From positions 16,240-80,239 of the forward strand of contig CABQKC010000006.1 in assembly GCA_902464635.1 (NCBI GenBank): DNA of 64,000 bases. Reading direction: 5' to 3'. The notes under the pieces were generated by a model that saw only the letters and a list, made by a program, of their open reading frames with translations, was not told the origin of the DNA and did not search any database. A program made the position numbers and the translations under genes. Positions within the stretch are counted from its first letter, which is position 1, and each line of letters opens with the position of its first letter. The DNA comes from an uncultured Bacillales bacterium (lineage in GTDB: Bacteria; Bacillota_I; Bacilli_A; RFN20; CAG-826). Of this stretch, positions 19,658 to 28,359 are shown piece by piece.

Positions 19658-22399
19658 ATGGAAAACGATGAAAAGAAATTAATCGATGAAGAAACTTCTG
19701 CTGACGAAGAAACTTCTTCTGATGAAGAATCTTCTGAAAACGAAGAAAACGCCACCGAAAAACCTTTAGTAGCCTCAAGAGAAGGACAACAATCCGAAGA
19801 TGCCATGTTTGGCCATGAAGCTGCCGTTTCTGGAATTATCCCGGGCTTAATTGATAGAGATATTTCAGACGAAGTCAAAACAGCCTTCCTTGATTATTCC
19901 ATGTCAGTTATTGTCTCTCGTGCAATTCCTGATGTAAGGGATGGCTTTAAACCAGTTCAACGTAGAATTATCTACGGCATGAATGAATCCGGTATGCAGC
20001 CGAATAAGCCATATAAGAAATGTGCTCGTATCGTTGGTGACGTCATGGGTAAATATCACCCTCACGGCGATAGCGCTCTTTATGGAACATTAGTTCGTTT
20101 AGCTCAACCTTTCTCGCTTCGTTATACATTAGTTGACGGACACGGTAACTTCGGTTCTATCGATGGCGATGAAGCTGCTGCTATGCGTTATACCGAAGCT
20201 AGGATGAATAAACTTAGCCTCGAACTTGTACGAGACATCAATTGCGATACTGTCAATTTCGTTGCTAACTATGATGGCACCGAAGTCGAACCAGAGGTAT
20301 TGCCTTGCCGTTTCCCTAACTTAATTGTTAATGGTAGCCAAGGTATTGCCGTTGGTATGGCTACCAACATGGCTCCACATAATTTAAGTGAAACCATTGA
20401 TGCTGTTATTGCTGTTGCCAAAAACCCAGAACTCACCCCTGCCGAAATAATGCAAAATTATTTACCAGGACCTGATTTCCCAAGTGGCGGTATCATTTTA
20501 GGACGTCAAGGAATCCTTGATGCCTATACTACTGGACAAGGCACCATTACCATCCGTTCTAAATACCACATCGAGGAAATGGATAATGGCAAATCTAGGA
20601 TTGTCGTTACTGAAATTCCATATCAAGTTAATAAGGCTGCCTTAGTTGAAAATATTGGAACTCTAGTTCGTGATAAAGTCATTGATGGCATCGTTGATGT
20701 TAGAGATGAATCCAATAAAGAGGGGATACGTGTAGTCGTTGAGATAAGAAAAGACTGCATTCCTGAGGTTGTTGCCAATAATTTATTAAAGCACACTGCT
20801 TTACAAACTAACTTTGGTATTATTAATCTTTGCCTTGAAGATGGGGCTCCTAAGATTTTAGGAATCGATGCCTTGCTAAAAGACTATATCGAATTCCAAA
20901 TCAGCGTCTTAACTAGAAGAACGAAATTCTTATTAAAGAGAGATTCCGATAGACTTCATATCGTCGAAGGCTTGATACTTGCTCACGATAATATCGATGA
21001 AGTTATCCACATCATTAGAGATTCTAAAAATGATGAAGAATCTTCTGCTAGATTAAATGAAAGATTTGGGCTAAGCCAACCTCAATGTGATGCCATTTTA
21101 GCGATGACGTTACGTCGTTTACAAGGAATGGAGCAAGATAAGCTAATGGCTGAAAAACATTCTTTGGAAGCTAATATCGCTGAATACAATAGGTTATTAT
21201 CATCTAGAGACAACATCGTTGATTTAATGATTAAAGAATTAGGCGAAATCAAGGATAAATTCGGTGATTCTCGTTTGACTGAAATCTCTGACGATGCCGC
21301 CGATATTGAAAACGAAGACTTGATTCCTCAAAAGAACATCATCGTTGCTCTTACTAAAAACGGCTACATCAAACGTGTTGATGATGATACCTTCTCTGCC
21401 CAGCATCGCGGAGGTAGAGGCATTACCGGTATGAAGACCGTTGGTGGCGATATTGTTAAACTTATTAAACACACCAAAACCCATACCGATATCCTTTTCT
21501 TCACTACATTAGGCAAAGTATATCGTTTACGTGGATATCAAATTCCTGATTCTGGAAGAATTGGAAAAGGCATGCCTGCCCAAAACTTCCTCAATTTAGA
21601 TAAGGAAGAAAAAGTCGTTTCAATCGTACCATGTGATGATTATCCAGAAGATAATTACCTCTTCTTCATCTCAAGGAATGGTATCGTTAAGAGAACTTCT
21701 TTGAAGATGTTCGAATCCATCCATAGCAACGGAAAGATTGCTGTTGGATTAAAAGAAGGTGACGATTTATTTGATGTAAAGCGTACTGATGGACATGCGA
21801 TTGTCTCACTTGCTAGCGATAATGGAAAACTTTGTAGCTTCTATGAAGACGAAGTCCGCGACATGGGCAGAACCGCTGCCGGTGTCAAGGGTATGAATCT
21901 TGATGATGGATCTATAATCGTCGGCGCTACTACATCATTAGAAGGCGACAAGATCTTAGTCTTAACAAATAAGGGATTTGGAAAGATTTCTTATGCTAAA
22001 GATACTGAAGTTACCATGGAAGATGGTACAACTAGAACCTATGATGGCTATAGATTAACTTCTCGTGGCGCAAAGGGTGTCTTAACCATTAAGACCACTA
22101 CTAAAACTGGTGTCTTGTGTGCTGTTAGAGCCGTCAACGGAGATGAAGATTTATTGGTAGTCACACAATCTGGCATTGTTATCCGTACTCCAATTTCTGA
22201 AATCAAGATTGCCGGACGTAATACACAAGGCGTTAAGATAATTGCTGTTGATGAAAAGACCAAAGTTGCTTCTATTGCAATAATTCCTCATTCTGATGTC
22301 GAAGAAGATGAAGAAGGTGAAGAAGTTATTGATGAAGCTACAGAACCTGAAGAAACTGCAGCTACTGAAAAGGTTGTTCGTCCTGACGAAGTTGAATAA
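19658..22399 (+). CDS. gyrA: DNA gyrase subunit A with N- and C-terminal acidic extensions
   Basis: 913 aa. AAGGAGGG SD. Canonical GyrA core from [27 protein letters not shown], with the active-site Tyr region [10 protein letters not shown]. Preceded by a roughly 60-aa D/E/S-rich N-terminal segment. Acidic C-terminal tail [14 protein letters not shown]. Confidence 0.93.
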   Translation: MENDEKKLIDEETSADEETSSDEESSENEENATEKPLVASREGQQSEDAMFGHEAAVSGIIPGLIDRDISDEVKTAFLDYSMSVIVSRAIPDVRDGFKPVQRRIIYGMNESGMQPNKPYKKCARIVGDVMGKYHPHGDSALYGTLVRLAQPFSLRYTLVDGHGNFGSIDGDEAAAMRYTEARMNKLSLELVRDINCDTVNFVANYDGTEVEPEVLPCRFPNLIVNGSQGIAVGMATNMAPHNLSETIDAVIAVAKNPELTPAEIMQNYLPGPDFPSGGIILGRQGILDAYTTGQGTITIRSKYHIEEMDNGKSRIVVTEIPYQVNKAALVENIGTLVRDKVIDGIVDVRDESNKEGIRVVVEIRKDCIPEVVANNLLKHTALQTNFGIINLCLEDGAPKILGIDALLKDYIEFQISVLTRRTKFLLKRDSDRLHIVEGLILAHDNIDEVIHIIRDSKNDEESSARLNERFGLSQPQCDAILAMTLRRLQGMEQDKLMAEKHSLEANIAEYNRLLSSRDNIVDLMIKELGEIKDKFGDSRLTEISDDAADIENEDLIPQKNIIVALTKNGYIKRVDDDTFSAQHRGGRGITGMKTVGGDIVKLIKHTKTHTDILFFTTLGKVYRLRGYQIPDSGRIGKGMPAQNFLNLDKEEKVVSIVPCDDYPEDNYLFFISRNGIVKRTSLKMFESIHSNGKIAVGLKEGDDLFDVKRTDGHAIVSLASDNGKLCSFYEDEVRDMGRTAAGVKGMNLDDGSIIVGATTSLEGDKILVLTNKGFGKISYAKDTEVTMEDGTTRTYDGYRLTSRGAKGVLTIKTTTKTGVLCAVRAVNGDEDLLVVTQSGIVIRTPISEIKIAGRNTQGVKIIAVDEKTKVASIAIIPHSDVEEDEEGEEVIDEATEPEETAATEKVVRPDEVE

Positions 22400-22404
22400 G
22401 ATTC

Positions 22405-23409
22405 ATGAAGGTCTATATTCATTTCAAAAACAAAAATAATCAACAAGCCTTTGAGGGTGTGCGCATGCGCAAGACCCTCAAGGGTGAATGCGAGAGTGCA
22501 GGGATTGCCTGGGTAGATTCGCAGTGGCAATCTCCTGACCTCGCTACTTTTATTTCTTATTCAGACATAAACAAGTTGAATGATTGTAAGCTTGATGGGG
22601 TAAAAACTGTTGTTTGCTGCTTCTATTCTGAACGTGATAAAAAAGCCTCTTTCCTTAAAAAGAAGGGGGACGTGTATCAATTAGACAAGAAAAAAACAAA
22701 ATTCTTGAATGCAAGTGACCTAGTTTTGGTACCTAATGAAATATTAAAGGAATTTGCTTTGACTCATGGGGTAAAAACTAGAGTCGAGGTCCTTCCTTTT
22801 TGCTTGACCCAATCCAAATTTGACAAACGTAATAACGACAAAGAAATCTTCCCTAGGTATTTTTCGATTAGGGAAAACGAGAAAGTTGCTATATGTACCG
22901 GTTCTTTTAAAGACAAGGAAAAGCTTTCTTCTTTATATAGAATTGCTTCCTCTTGTCCTTCCTATAGGTTTTTCTTTTTTGGAACCGATATGGGAAAATG
23001 GCTGTCTTATTCCAAAATAAAAGGAGTTAGCAAACCTAAAAACGTTTCATTAGAATCTTTGGTTGTGGATGATATTTATAGAAGTGCCCTCTTACGCGCA
23101 TCTATATATTTAGTGCTAGATGATATTCCTGATGTAATTGGAGTCATGGATGCCTTCAGCGCTTCTTGCCAAGTAGTTTGTCTAGGGAAGCAACCATTAA
23201 ATAACCTCTTAATTGACCAAAAAACTTGTTACATGTTTGAAAAAGAAGAAAAAATTTCCAATTTTCTTGAATTAATGTATCAAGAAAAAACAAACAATAC
23301 TATAATTCAATCGTTATCCTTGGCTAGAAAATATTCATTGGTCAAAGGAGGAGAAATCCTAAAAGGATATTATTTGTCCTTATTAGAGAAGGAGAAAGAA
23401 AATGCTTGA
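22405..23409 (+). CDS. Hypothetical protein with weak GT-B glycosyltransferase-like C-terminal half
   Basis: 334 aa. No SD at 22405. An alternative ATG at 22465 has a GAGGGTG SD. The C-terminal region loosely resembles the GT4 E-x7-E region but with Asp substitutions. Its end overlaps the serS start. Confidence 0.5.
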   Translation: MKVYIHFKNKNNQQAFEGVRMRKTLKGECESAGIAWVDSQWQSPDLATFISYSDINKLNDCKLDGVKTVVCCFYSERDKKASFLKKKGDVYQLDKKKTKFLNASDLVLVPNEILKEFALTHGVKTRVEVLPFCLTQSKFDKRNNDKEIFPRYFSIRENEKVAICTGSFKDKEKLSSLYRIASSCPSYRFFFFGTDMGKWLSYSKIKGVSKPKNVSLESLVVDDIYRSALLRASIYLVLDDIPDVIGVMDAFSASCQVVCLGKQPLNNLLIDQKTCYMFEKEEKISNFLELMYQEKTNNTIIQSLSLARKYSLVKGGEILKGYYLSLLEKEKENA

Positions 23410-24682
23410 TGTAAAACTCATCCTAGAAAAGTCAGATTATGTAAAAGCGGCTTTAAAGAAGAAATTATGGGACTTTGATCCAACTGAAATTATTGAATTA
23501 TCTTCCCAAAGACTTGAACTTTTAAAGAAAGTTGAGGCTATTAAGGCTGAACAAAATAAATTATCTGCTTCAGTTCCTGCGGTTAAAAAAGAAGGTGGAG
23601 ATGTAAAATCCATCTTTGCTAAAGTTAAAGAACTTGGTGCCCAAAATAAGGAAAGCGAAGAAAAGCTAAACGAAATCGAAGCCAAGATTAAATCTCTTGT
23701 CGAAGTTCTTCCGAACCTTCCTGATGATGATTTGGTTGCTGGTTCAAAAGAAAATAATCACCCAATTTATCATTTCGGAGAAGAAAGAAAGTTCGGTTTT
23801 ACTCCAAAGAACCACGTTGAGCTTTGCGAATCCCTAGGATTAATTGATTATAAAAGAGCCGCCAAAATCAGTGGGACTGGCACTTGGATTTATACAAATC
23901 TAGGTGCACGACTAGAATGGGCTTTATTAAATTATTTCATCGAAAACCATCTTGCTGATGGATATGAAATGATTCTTCCTCCTCACATTTTGAATTATGA
24001 ATCCGGCTATACCGCTGGACAATTCCCAAAATTCGAAAACGATGTATTTTGGCTAGAAGGGATGGAACCAAGGAAATTCATCCTTCCAACCGCCGAAACT
24101 GCCTTAGTCAACTTGCATAGAAACGAAATCCTTTCTTTAAATGATTTGCCAAAGAAATATTTCGCCTATACTCCTTGCTATAGAAAAGAAGCTGGTTCTT
24201 ATCGTACCGAAGAAAGAGGCATGATTAGAGGTTATCAATTCAATAAAGTTGAAATGGTCCAATATACAACCGAAGAAGGTAGCGATGCTGCTTTTGAAGA
24301 AATGGTTAATAAGGCCAAGAAACTTGTTGAAGGATTAGGATTAACCTATCAGATTGACAAACTAGCTGCTGGAGATTGCTCCCATTCAATGGCTAGGACA
24401 TATGATATCGAAGTTTGGATTCCATCTATGGGAATTTATAAAGAAGTATCTTCTGTCTCCAATGCAAGAGATTATCAAGCTAGAAGAGGCATGATCCGTT
24501 ATAAAGATGAAAATGGCAAGACCAAATATTGCCATACATTAAATGGATCTGGCCTAGCTACTTCTAGAGTCTTTCCTGCCTTAGTCGAGCAACTTCAACA
24601 AGAAGACGGCTCTGTAATAATTCCAGTTCCATTACGTAAATATATGGGTGGACTTGAAGTATTAAAACCAATAAAGAAATAA
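23402..24682 (+). CDS. serS: Seryl-tRNA synthetase
   Basis: 426 aa. AGGAGA SD. N-terminal coiled-coil arm and class II aaRS motifs (FNKVEMVQY, GSGLATSR). Confidence 0.93.
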   Translation: MLDVKLILEKSDYVKAALKKKLWDFDPTEIIELSSQRLELLKKVEAIKAEQNKLSASVPAVKKEGGDVKSIFAKVKELGAQNKESEEKLNEIEAKIKSLVEVLPNLPDDDLVAGSKENNHPIYHFGEERKFGFTPKNHVELCESLGLIDYKRAAKISGTGTWIYTNLGARLEWALLNYFIENHLADGYEMILPPHILNYESGYTAGQFPKFENDVFWLEGMEPRKFILPTAETALVNLHRNEILSLNDLPKKYFAYTPCYRKEAGSYRTEERGMIRGYQFNKVEMVQYTTEEGSDAAFEEMVNKAKKLVEGLGLTYQIDKLAAGDCSHSMARTYDIEVWIPSMGIYKEVSSVSNARDYQARRGMIRYKDENGKTKYCHTLNGSGLATSRVFPALVEQLQQEDGSVIIPVPLRKYMGGLEVLKPIKK

Positions 24683-24692
24683 ATAAAATCTC

Positions 24693-24726
24693 AAATCCGT
24701 TTACCACGTGTAGGCGGATTTTTCTT
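24693..24726 (+). terminator. Rho-independent terminator after serS
   Basis: aaatccg ... cggattttt stem-loop with a T-run. Confidence 0.6.
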
Positions 24727-24761
24727 TTACATGCCATATAAGAGAAATTTCATCATTTAAT

Positions 24762-24782
24762 TTGACTAGTTTATGTTATAAT
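24762..24782 (+). promoter_or_regulatory. Putative sigma-A promoter for the SRP RNA
   Basis: TTGACT at 24762-24767. Extended -10 TGtTATAAT at 24774-24782. The spacer is short (9 nt), so the -35 assignment is uncertain. Confidence 0.4.
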
Positions 24783-24787
24783 CCTTT

Positions 24788-24868
24788 TGCCATCGCGAGG
24801 GCCGAATTGCGAACCAGGTCAGGTGGGGAACCAAGCAGCCTTAAACTCTTTGACCCTGTGCGATGGTT
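24788..24868 (+). ncRNA. ffs: Signal recognition particle RNA (small 4.5S-type)
   Basis: Contains CCAGGTCAGGTGGGGAACCAAGCAGCC, a close match to the conserved domain IV of E. coli 4.5S RNA (CCAGGUCAGGUCCGGAAGGAAGCAGCC). The ends pair as ccatcgcgaggg / ccctgtgcgatgg and are followed by ttttatttt. Lies directly upstream of tadA, as scr does in B. subtilis. Confidence 0.8.
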
Positions 24869-24881
24869 TTATTTTAAAAAT

Positions 24882-25328
24882 ATGGACGTTTCTTATTTTA
24901 TGGATCTTGCCTTGCTAGAGGCAAAAAAAGCAAAAGAAGAAGGTGAAATACCTGTTGGGGCGGTTATTGTTAAAGACGACACTCCTATCGCTTTTGGCCA
25001 TAACAAGAAAGAAAGCAAGTTCGATATTTCAAGCCACGCAGAGATTGAAGCCATAAAAGAAGCGGGACGTGTATTGAAAAAGACTGATTTAAGCGATTGC
25101 TCGATGTTTGTTACTCTTGAACCCTGTCTTATGTGTGGCGGAGCTTTAAAACAATCTAGAATCAAATCCATTTATTACGGGGCCAAAGATGCTCAATTTG
25201 GCTTTGAAAGTAGGTATGGTCTATTCTCAGTTAAGGATAATTATCCATCTCCATTAGTTTATGGCGGGATTAAAGAAAAAGAATGCAAAGAAATAATCGA
25301 TGATTTCTTTGCATTGAAAAGACAATAA
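24882..25328 (+). CDS. tadA: tRNA-specific adenosine deaminase
   Basis: 148 aa from the ATG at 24882. The track's longer ORF runs through the SRP RNA. CDA zinc motifs HAEIEAI and PCLMCGGA. Confidence 0.85.
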   Translation: MDVSYFMDLALLEAKKAKEEGEIPVGAVIVKDDTPIAFGHNKKESKFDISSHAEIEAIKEAGRVLKKTDLSDCSMFVTLEPCLMCGGALKQSRIKSIYYGAKDAQFGFESRYGLFSVKDNYPSPLVYGGIKEKECKEIIDDFFALKRQ

Positions 25329-25407
25329 AGAAACACATTGATATTAATGTAGATATTGCATAAAAAAATATAATTGGTTTTTCCTATATTTGATAAAATA
25401 TCAAAGC

Positions 25408-28359
25408 ATGGAAAAAGCAGAGATTATTAACGAAGAAAATCAGTTAGAAAACGAAGATAATCAAATTGATGTTTCATTAGAATTAAAACACATCAAAAAA
25501 GATTATTACGTTAATAAAAAGCCCTTCACTGCAATAAAGGACTTGTCTTTGGTTTTCCCTAAAAAAGGATTCGTTGCTATACTAGGTGAATCTGGATGTG
25601 GCAAATCAACTTTACTTAATATTTTAGGCGGATTAGACCGTTATACATCTGGTGATTTACTAATTAATGGCGTATCTACTAAACAATTTAATGATGCAGA
25701 TTGGGATAAATATAGGAATACCCAGGTAGGCTTTATATTCCAAAGTTATAATTTGATTTCGCATTTTAATTTGCTTCAAAATGTTGAAGTTCCTTTAAAA
25801 CTAGCGGGTATCAACCAAAAAGAACAAGAAGAAAGGGCCAAAGCTGCTTTAGAAAAAGTAGGATTAGGAGATTCGTTACATAAGATTCCTAATCAATTAT
25901 CTGGAGGGCAGCAGCAAAGAGTTGCTATAGCTAGGGCCTTAATAAATAATCCAAGCATTATTCTTGCCGATGAACCTACAGGTGCTTTAGATTCTGCAAC
26001 TTCCATCCAAGTGATGGAACTAATTAAAGAAGCAGGAAAAGAATGCTGTGTCATCATGGTTACACATAATGAAAAGCTAGCAAAGAAATATGCAGATAGA
26101 ATAATAACCATGAGTGATGGAGAAGCAATTTCGGATACTTCTCCTATTGAAGTCGGTATTGAAATAGAAAAACCAAAAACAAAAGAAAAAAGAACCGGCA
26201 TGTCTTTTGTTTCAGCTCTCCATTCTTCTTTTAAAAACGTCTTAACAAAGAAAACCAGGACTGCGTTGACTGCTGTTGCTTGCTCTTTTGGTATTATTGG
26301 GGTTGCTTTGGTTTTAGCTACTAGCAATGGCTTTTCTTTATATGTAAAAGATGTAGAAACTTCTGTTGCTTCTAGCGTTCCTATTACTATTTCCCCTACC
26401 GTAGTTTCTTATAAATCAAATAACCAAGATTCATATACTAGGGCTGATGAATTCCCTAAAGACAATAATATCAGAGTTTATGATTCATCCTCTTCTAGTT
26501 ACGTAGTTCATCAAAATACATTTACCAAAGAATATATAGATGCCTTAAAGGCTACTATGGTTGATAAAAATAATCCTGCTTATGGAACTGTTATGTCAGT
26601 TATGGAAAATAGGAATGGCTTAGATTTCCATTTCCTTACAAAAGATGGGATGGATGAAGATGCTAAGGTTACTTCAATAAATCAATATGCCTCTGCTTCT
26701 TCTTTAGGGGCTATGGTATCTTCTGTCACATCTTTACCAACAACAATTATCCACGAATTATATGGAGACGAAGAATCTCTTTCTAGCATGTATGATGTAA
26801 TTGATGGCAAATTTCCTGAAAACGATAATGAACTAGTTTTAGTCGTAGATAGATATAACCGCGTTGATTTCTCTACCTTGAAAAAGCTAGGTGTTTTTCC
26901 TTCTAATTCAACTTATGAAACTTTGGATGCAAATGAAAAACAAATTAGTTTCTCTTCTTTGATTTATGATGGAGAAGGCGATAACGAATATAAGGAATAT
27001 AAGTGCTACACAAACTCCTCTTATTATAAAAAATCAATGGAAACCAAAATCATTGCCAAGGTTTCTTCTTATAAGAACATTAAGCTAGAAATGAATGGGG
27101 AAGACTCCAAGTTTGTTGGCGAGGAAGACGAGACTGAAATAATTAGATACAAGACAGTCGATGACTATGATGAAGTCTATAATAATGACGAATACTATAA
27201 TCCTATAAAATGCAAAATCGTTGGGGTTTTGCGCCCAACAAAGGAATCTTATCTTACTTTAATGCCTTCATCTCTAGCTTATTTGCCAGGCTTAAAAGAA
27301 ACAATGGCAAAAGATTATTCTGAAGGTGGAGCTGGTTATAATCTTGCACAAGAACAAAAAGATAACTGGTATGTTCCTAGATCAAAAAGCGATCCAACTG
27401 ATGTTAGTAACGACGGACTTGCTTCTTTAAATGCTTCTTTAAAAACCTTGATGAAGTCTTATTCAGAAAAAGAAGATGGGGAAGCCACTATATCAACAAA
27501 TACCCTTTCTACTTTGTTTAATAATGTTGCTAGATATCAAAATATCTTCTGCATAAAGCAAATGAATGAAGATGGAGGATATACCTGCTACGCCCCTTCT
27601 TCAAACCCAAAATCATATTTATCATGGTGCCAATCCTATGGGGCAACATTTAATCAACTAGAAATCAATAATGATTCAAACAATGCTGCACTGTTCTTGC
27701 TCATGCTAACCAGCGGAGAATTCTTCTCCAAAGATAGCGAATCTAATTTTGTTGATGTAATGGCTTTGGCCAATTCTTATTCATTAATTACTTCGGTACT
27801 AGTTTTCCCAAAGAGTTTATCTAGTAAAGACGTATTACTTAGATACATGGATTCGTTAAACGAAGGAAAGCGTGATTCCGAAAAGATAGTCTATAGCGAC
27901 ATTATGTCTGATTTTACAGGTTCATTAGGAACGATGATTAATGTTATATCGGCAGTTTTGATTGTTTTTGCTTCTATTTCTTTGGTTGTTTCTTCTGTTA
28001 TGACTGCGATTATTACTTATGTTTCGGTTGTTGAAAGGACAAAAGAAATCGGAATACTTAGGGCATGTGGGGCAAGAAAGAAAGACGTAGGTCGATTGTT
28101 TGAAGCCGAATGTGTGATTATTGGGTTAGTTGCTGGGCTTATCGGAGTCTTATTTACTGTTTTGGCTTGCATTCCAATTAATGCAATTATTGATTATAAA
28201 TTCCCCGGGAACAACTTATCTTCTATAGCCAAACTCAATCCGTTGCATGCTTTAATTTTACTTGCCTTGTCTATTTTGCTTTCATATTTAAGCGGTCTAA
28301 TTCCGTCAAGAATGGCCGCGAATAAAGACCCAGTTACATGTTTAAGGAGTGATCAATGA
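25408..28359 (+). CDS. MacB/FtsX-type ABC transporter with fused ATPase and permease
   Basis: N-terminal NBD with Walker A GESGCGKST, signature LSGGQQQRVAIARAL, Walker B ILADEPT. A large extracytoplasmic domain, then a C-terminal FtsX-like 4-TM permease. Start taken as the ATG at 25408; the track uses TTG at 25390. Confidence 0.85.
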   Translation: MEKAEIINEENQLENEDNQIDVSLELKHIKKDYYVNKKPFTAIKDLSLVFPKKGFVAILGESGCGKSTLLNILGGLDRYTSGDLLINGVSTKQFNDADWDKYRNTQVGFIFQSYNLISHFNLLQNVEVPLKLAGINQKEQEERAKAALEKVGLGDSLHKIPNQLSGGQQQRVAIARALINNPSIILADEPTGALDSATSIQVMELIKEAGKECCVIMVTHNEKLAKKYADRIITMSDGEAISDTSPIEVGIEIEKPKTKEKRTGMSFVSALHSSFKNVLTKKTRTALTAVACSFGIIGVALVLATSNGFSLYVKDVETSVASSVPITISPTVVSYKSNNQDSYTRADEFPKDNNIRVYDSSSSSYVVHQNTFTKEYIDALKATMVDKNNPAYGTVMSVMENRNGLDFHFLTKDGMDEDAKVTSINQYASASSLGAMVSSVTSLPTTIIHELYGDEESLSSMYDVIDGKFPENDNELVLVVDRYNRVDFSTLKKLGVFPSNSTYETLDANEKQISFSSLIYDGEGDNEYKEYKCYTNSSYYKKSMETKIIAKVSSYKNIKLEMNGEDSKFVGEEDETEIIRYKTVDDYDEVYNNDEYYNPIKCKIVGVLRPTKESYLTLMPSSLAYLPGLKETMAKDYSEGGAGYNLAQEQKDNWYVPRSKSDPTDVSNDGLASLNASLKTLMKSYSEKEDGEATISTNTLSTLFNNVARYQNIFCIKQMNEDGGYTCYAPSSNPKSYLSWCQSYGATFNQLEINNDSNNAALFLLMLTSGEFFSKDSESNFVDVMALANSYSLITSVLVFPKSLSSKDVLLRYMDSLNEGKRDSEKIVYSDIMSDFTGSLGTMINVISAVLIVFASISLVVSSVMTAIITYVSVVERTKEIGILRACGARKKDVGRLFEAECVIIGLVAGLIGVLFTVLACIPINAIIDYKFPGNNLSSIAKLNPLHALILLALSILLSYLSGLIPSRMAANKDPVTCLRSDQ

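Noticed and set aside
24762-24881. N-terminal 40 aa of the track's tadA ORF (MTSLCYNPFAIARAELRTRSGGEPSS...)
   Set aside because: This stretch is the translation of the SRP RNA gene and its terminator. The true tadA start is the ATG at 24882 (MDVSYFMDLALLEAKKA).
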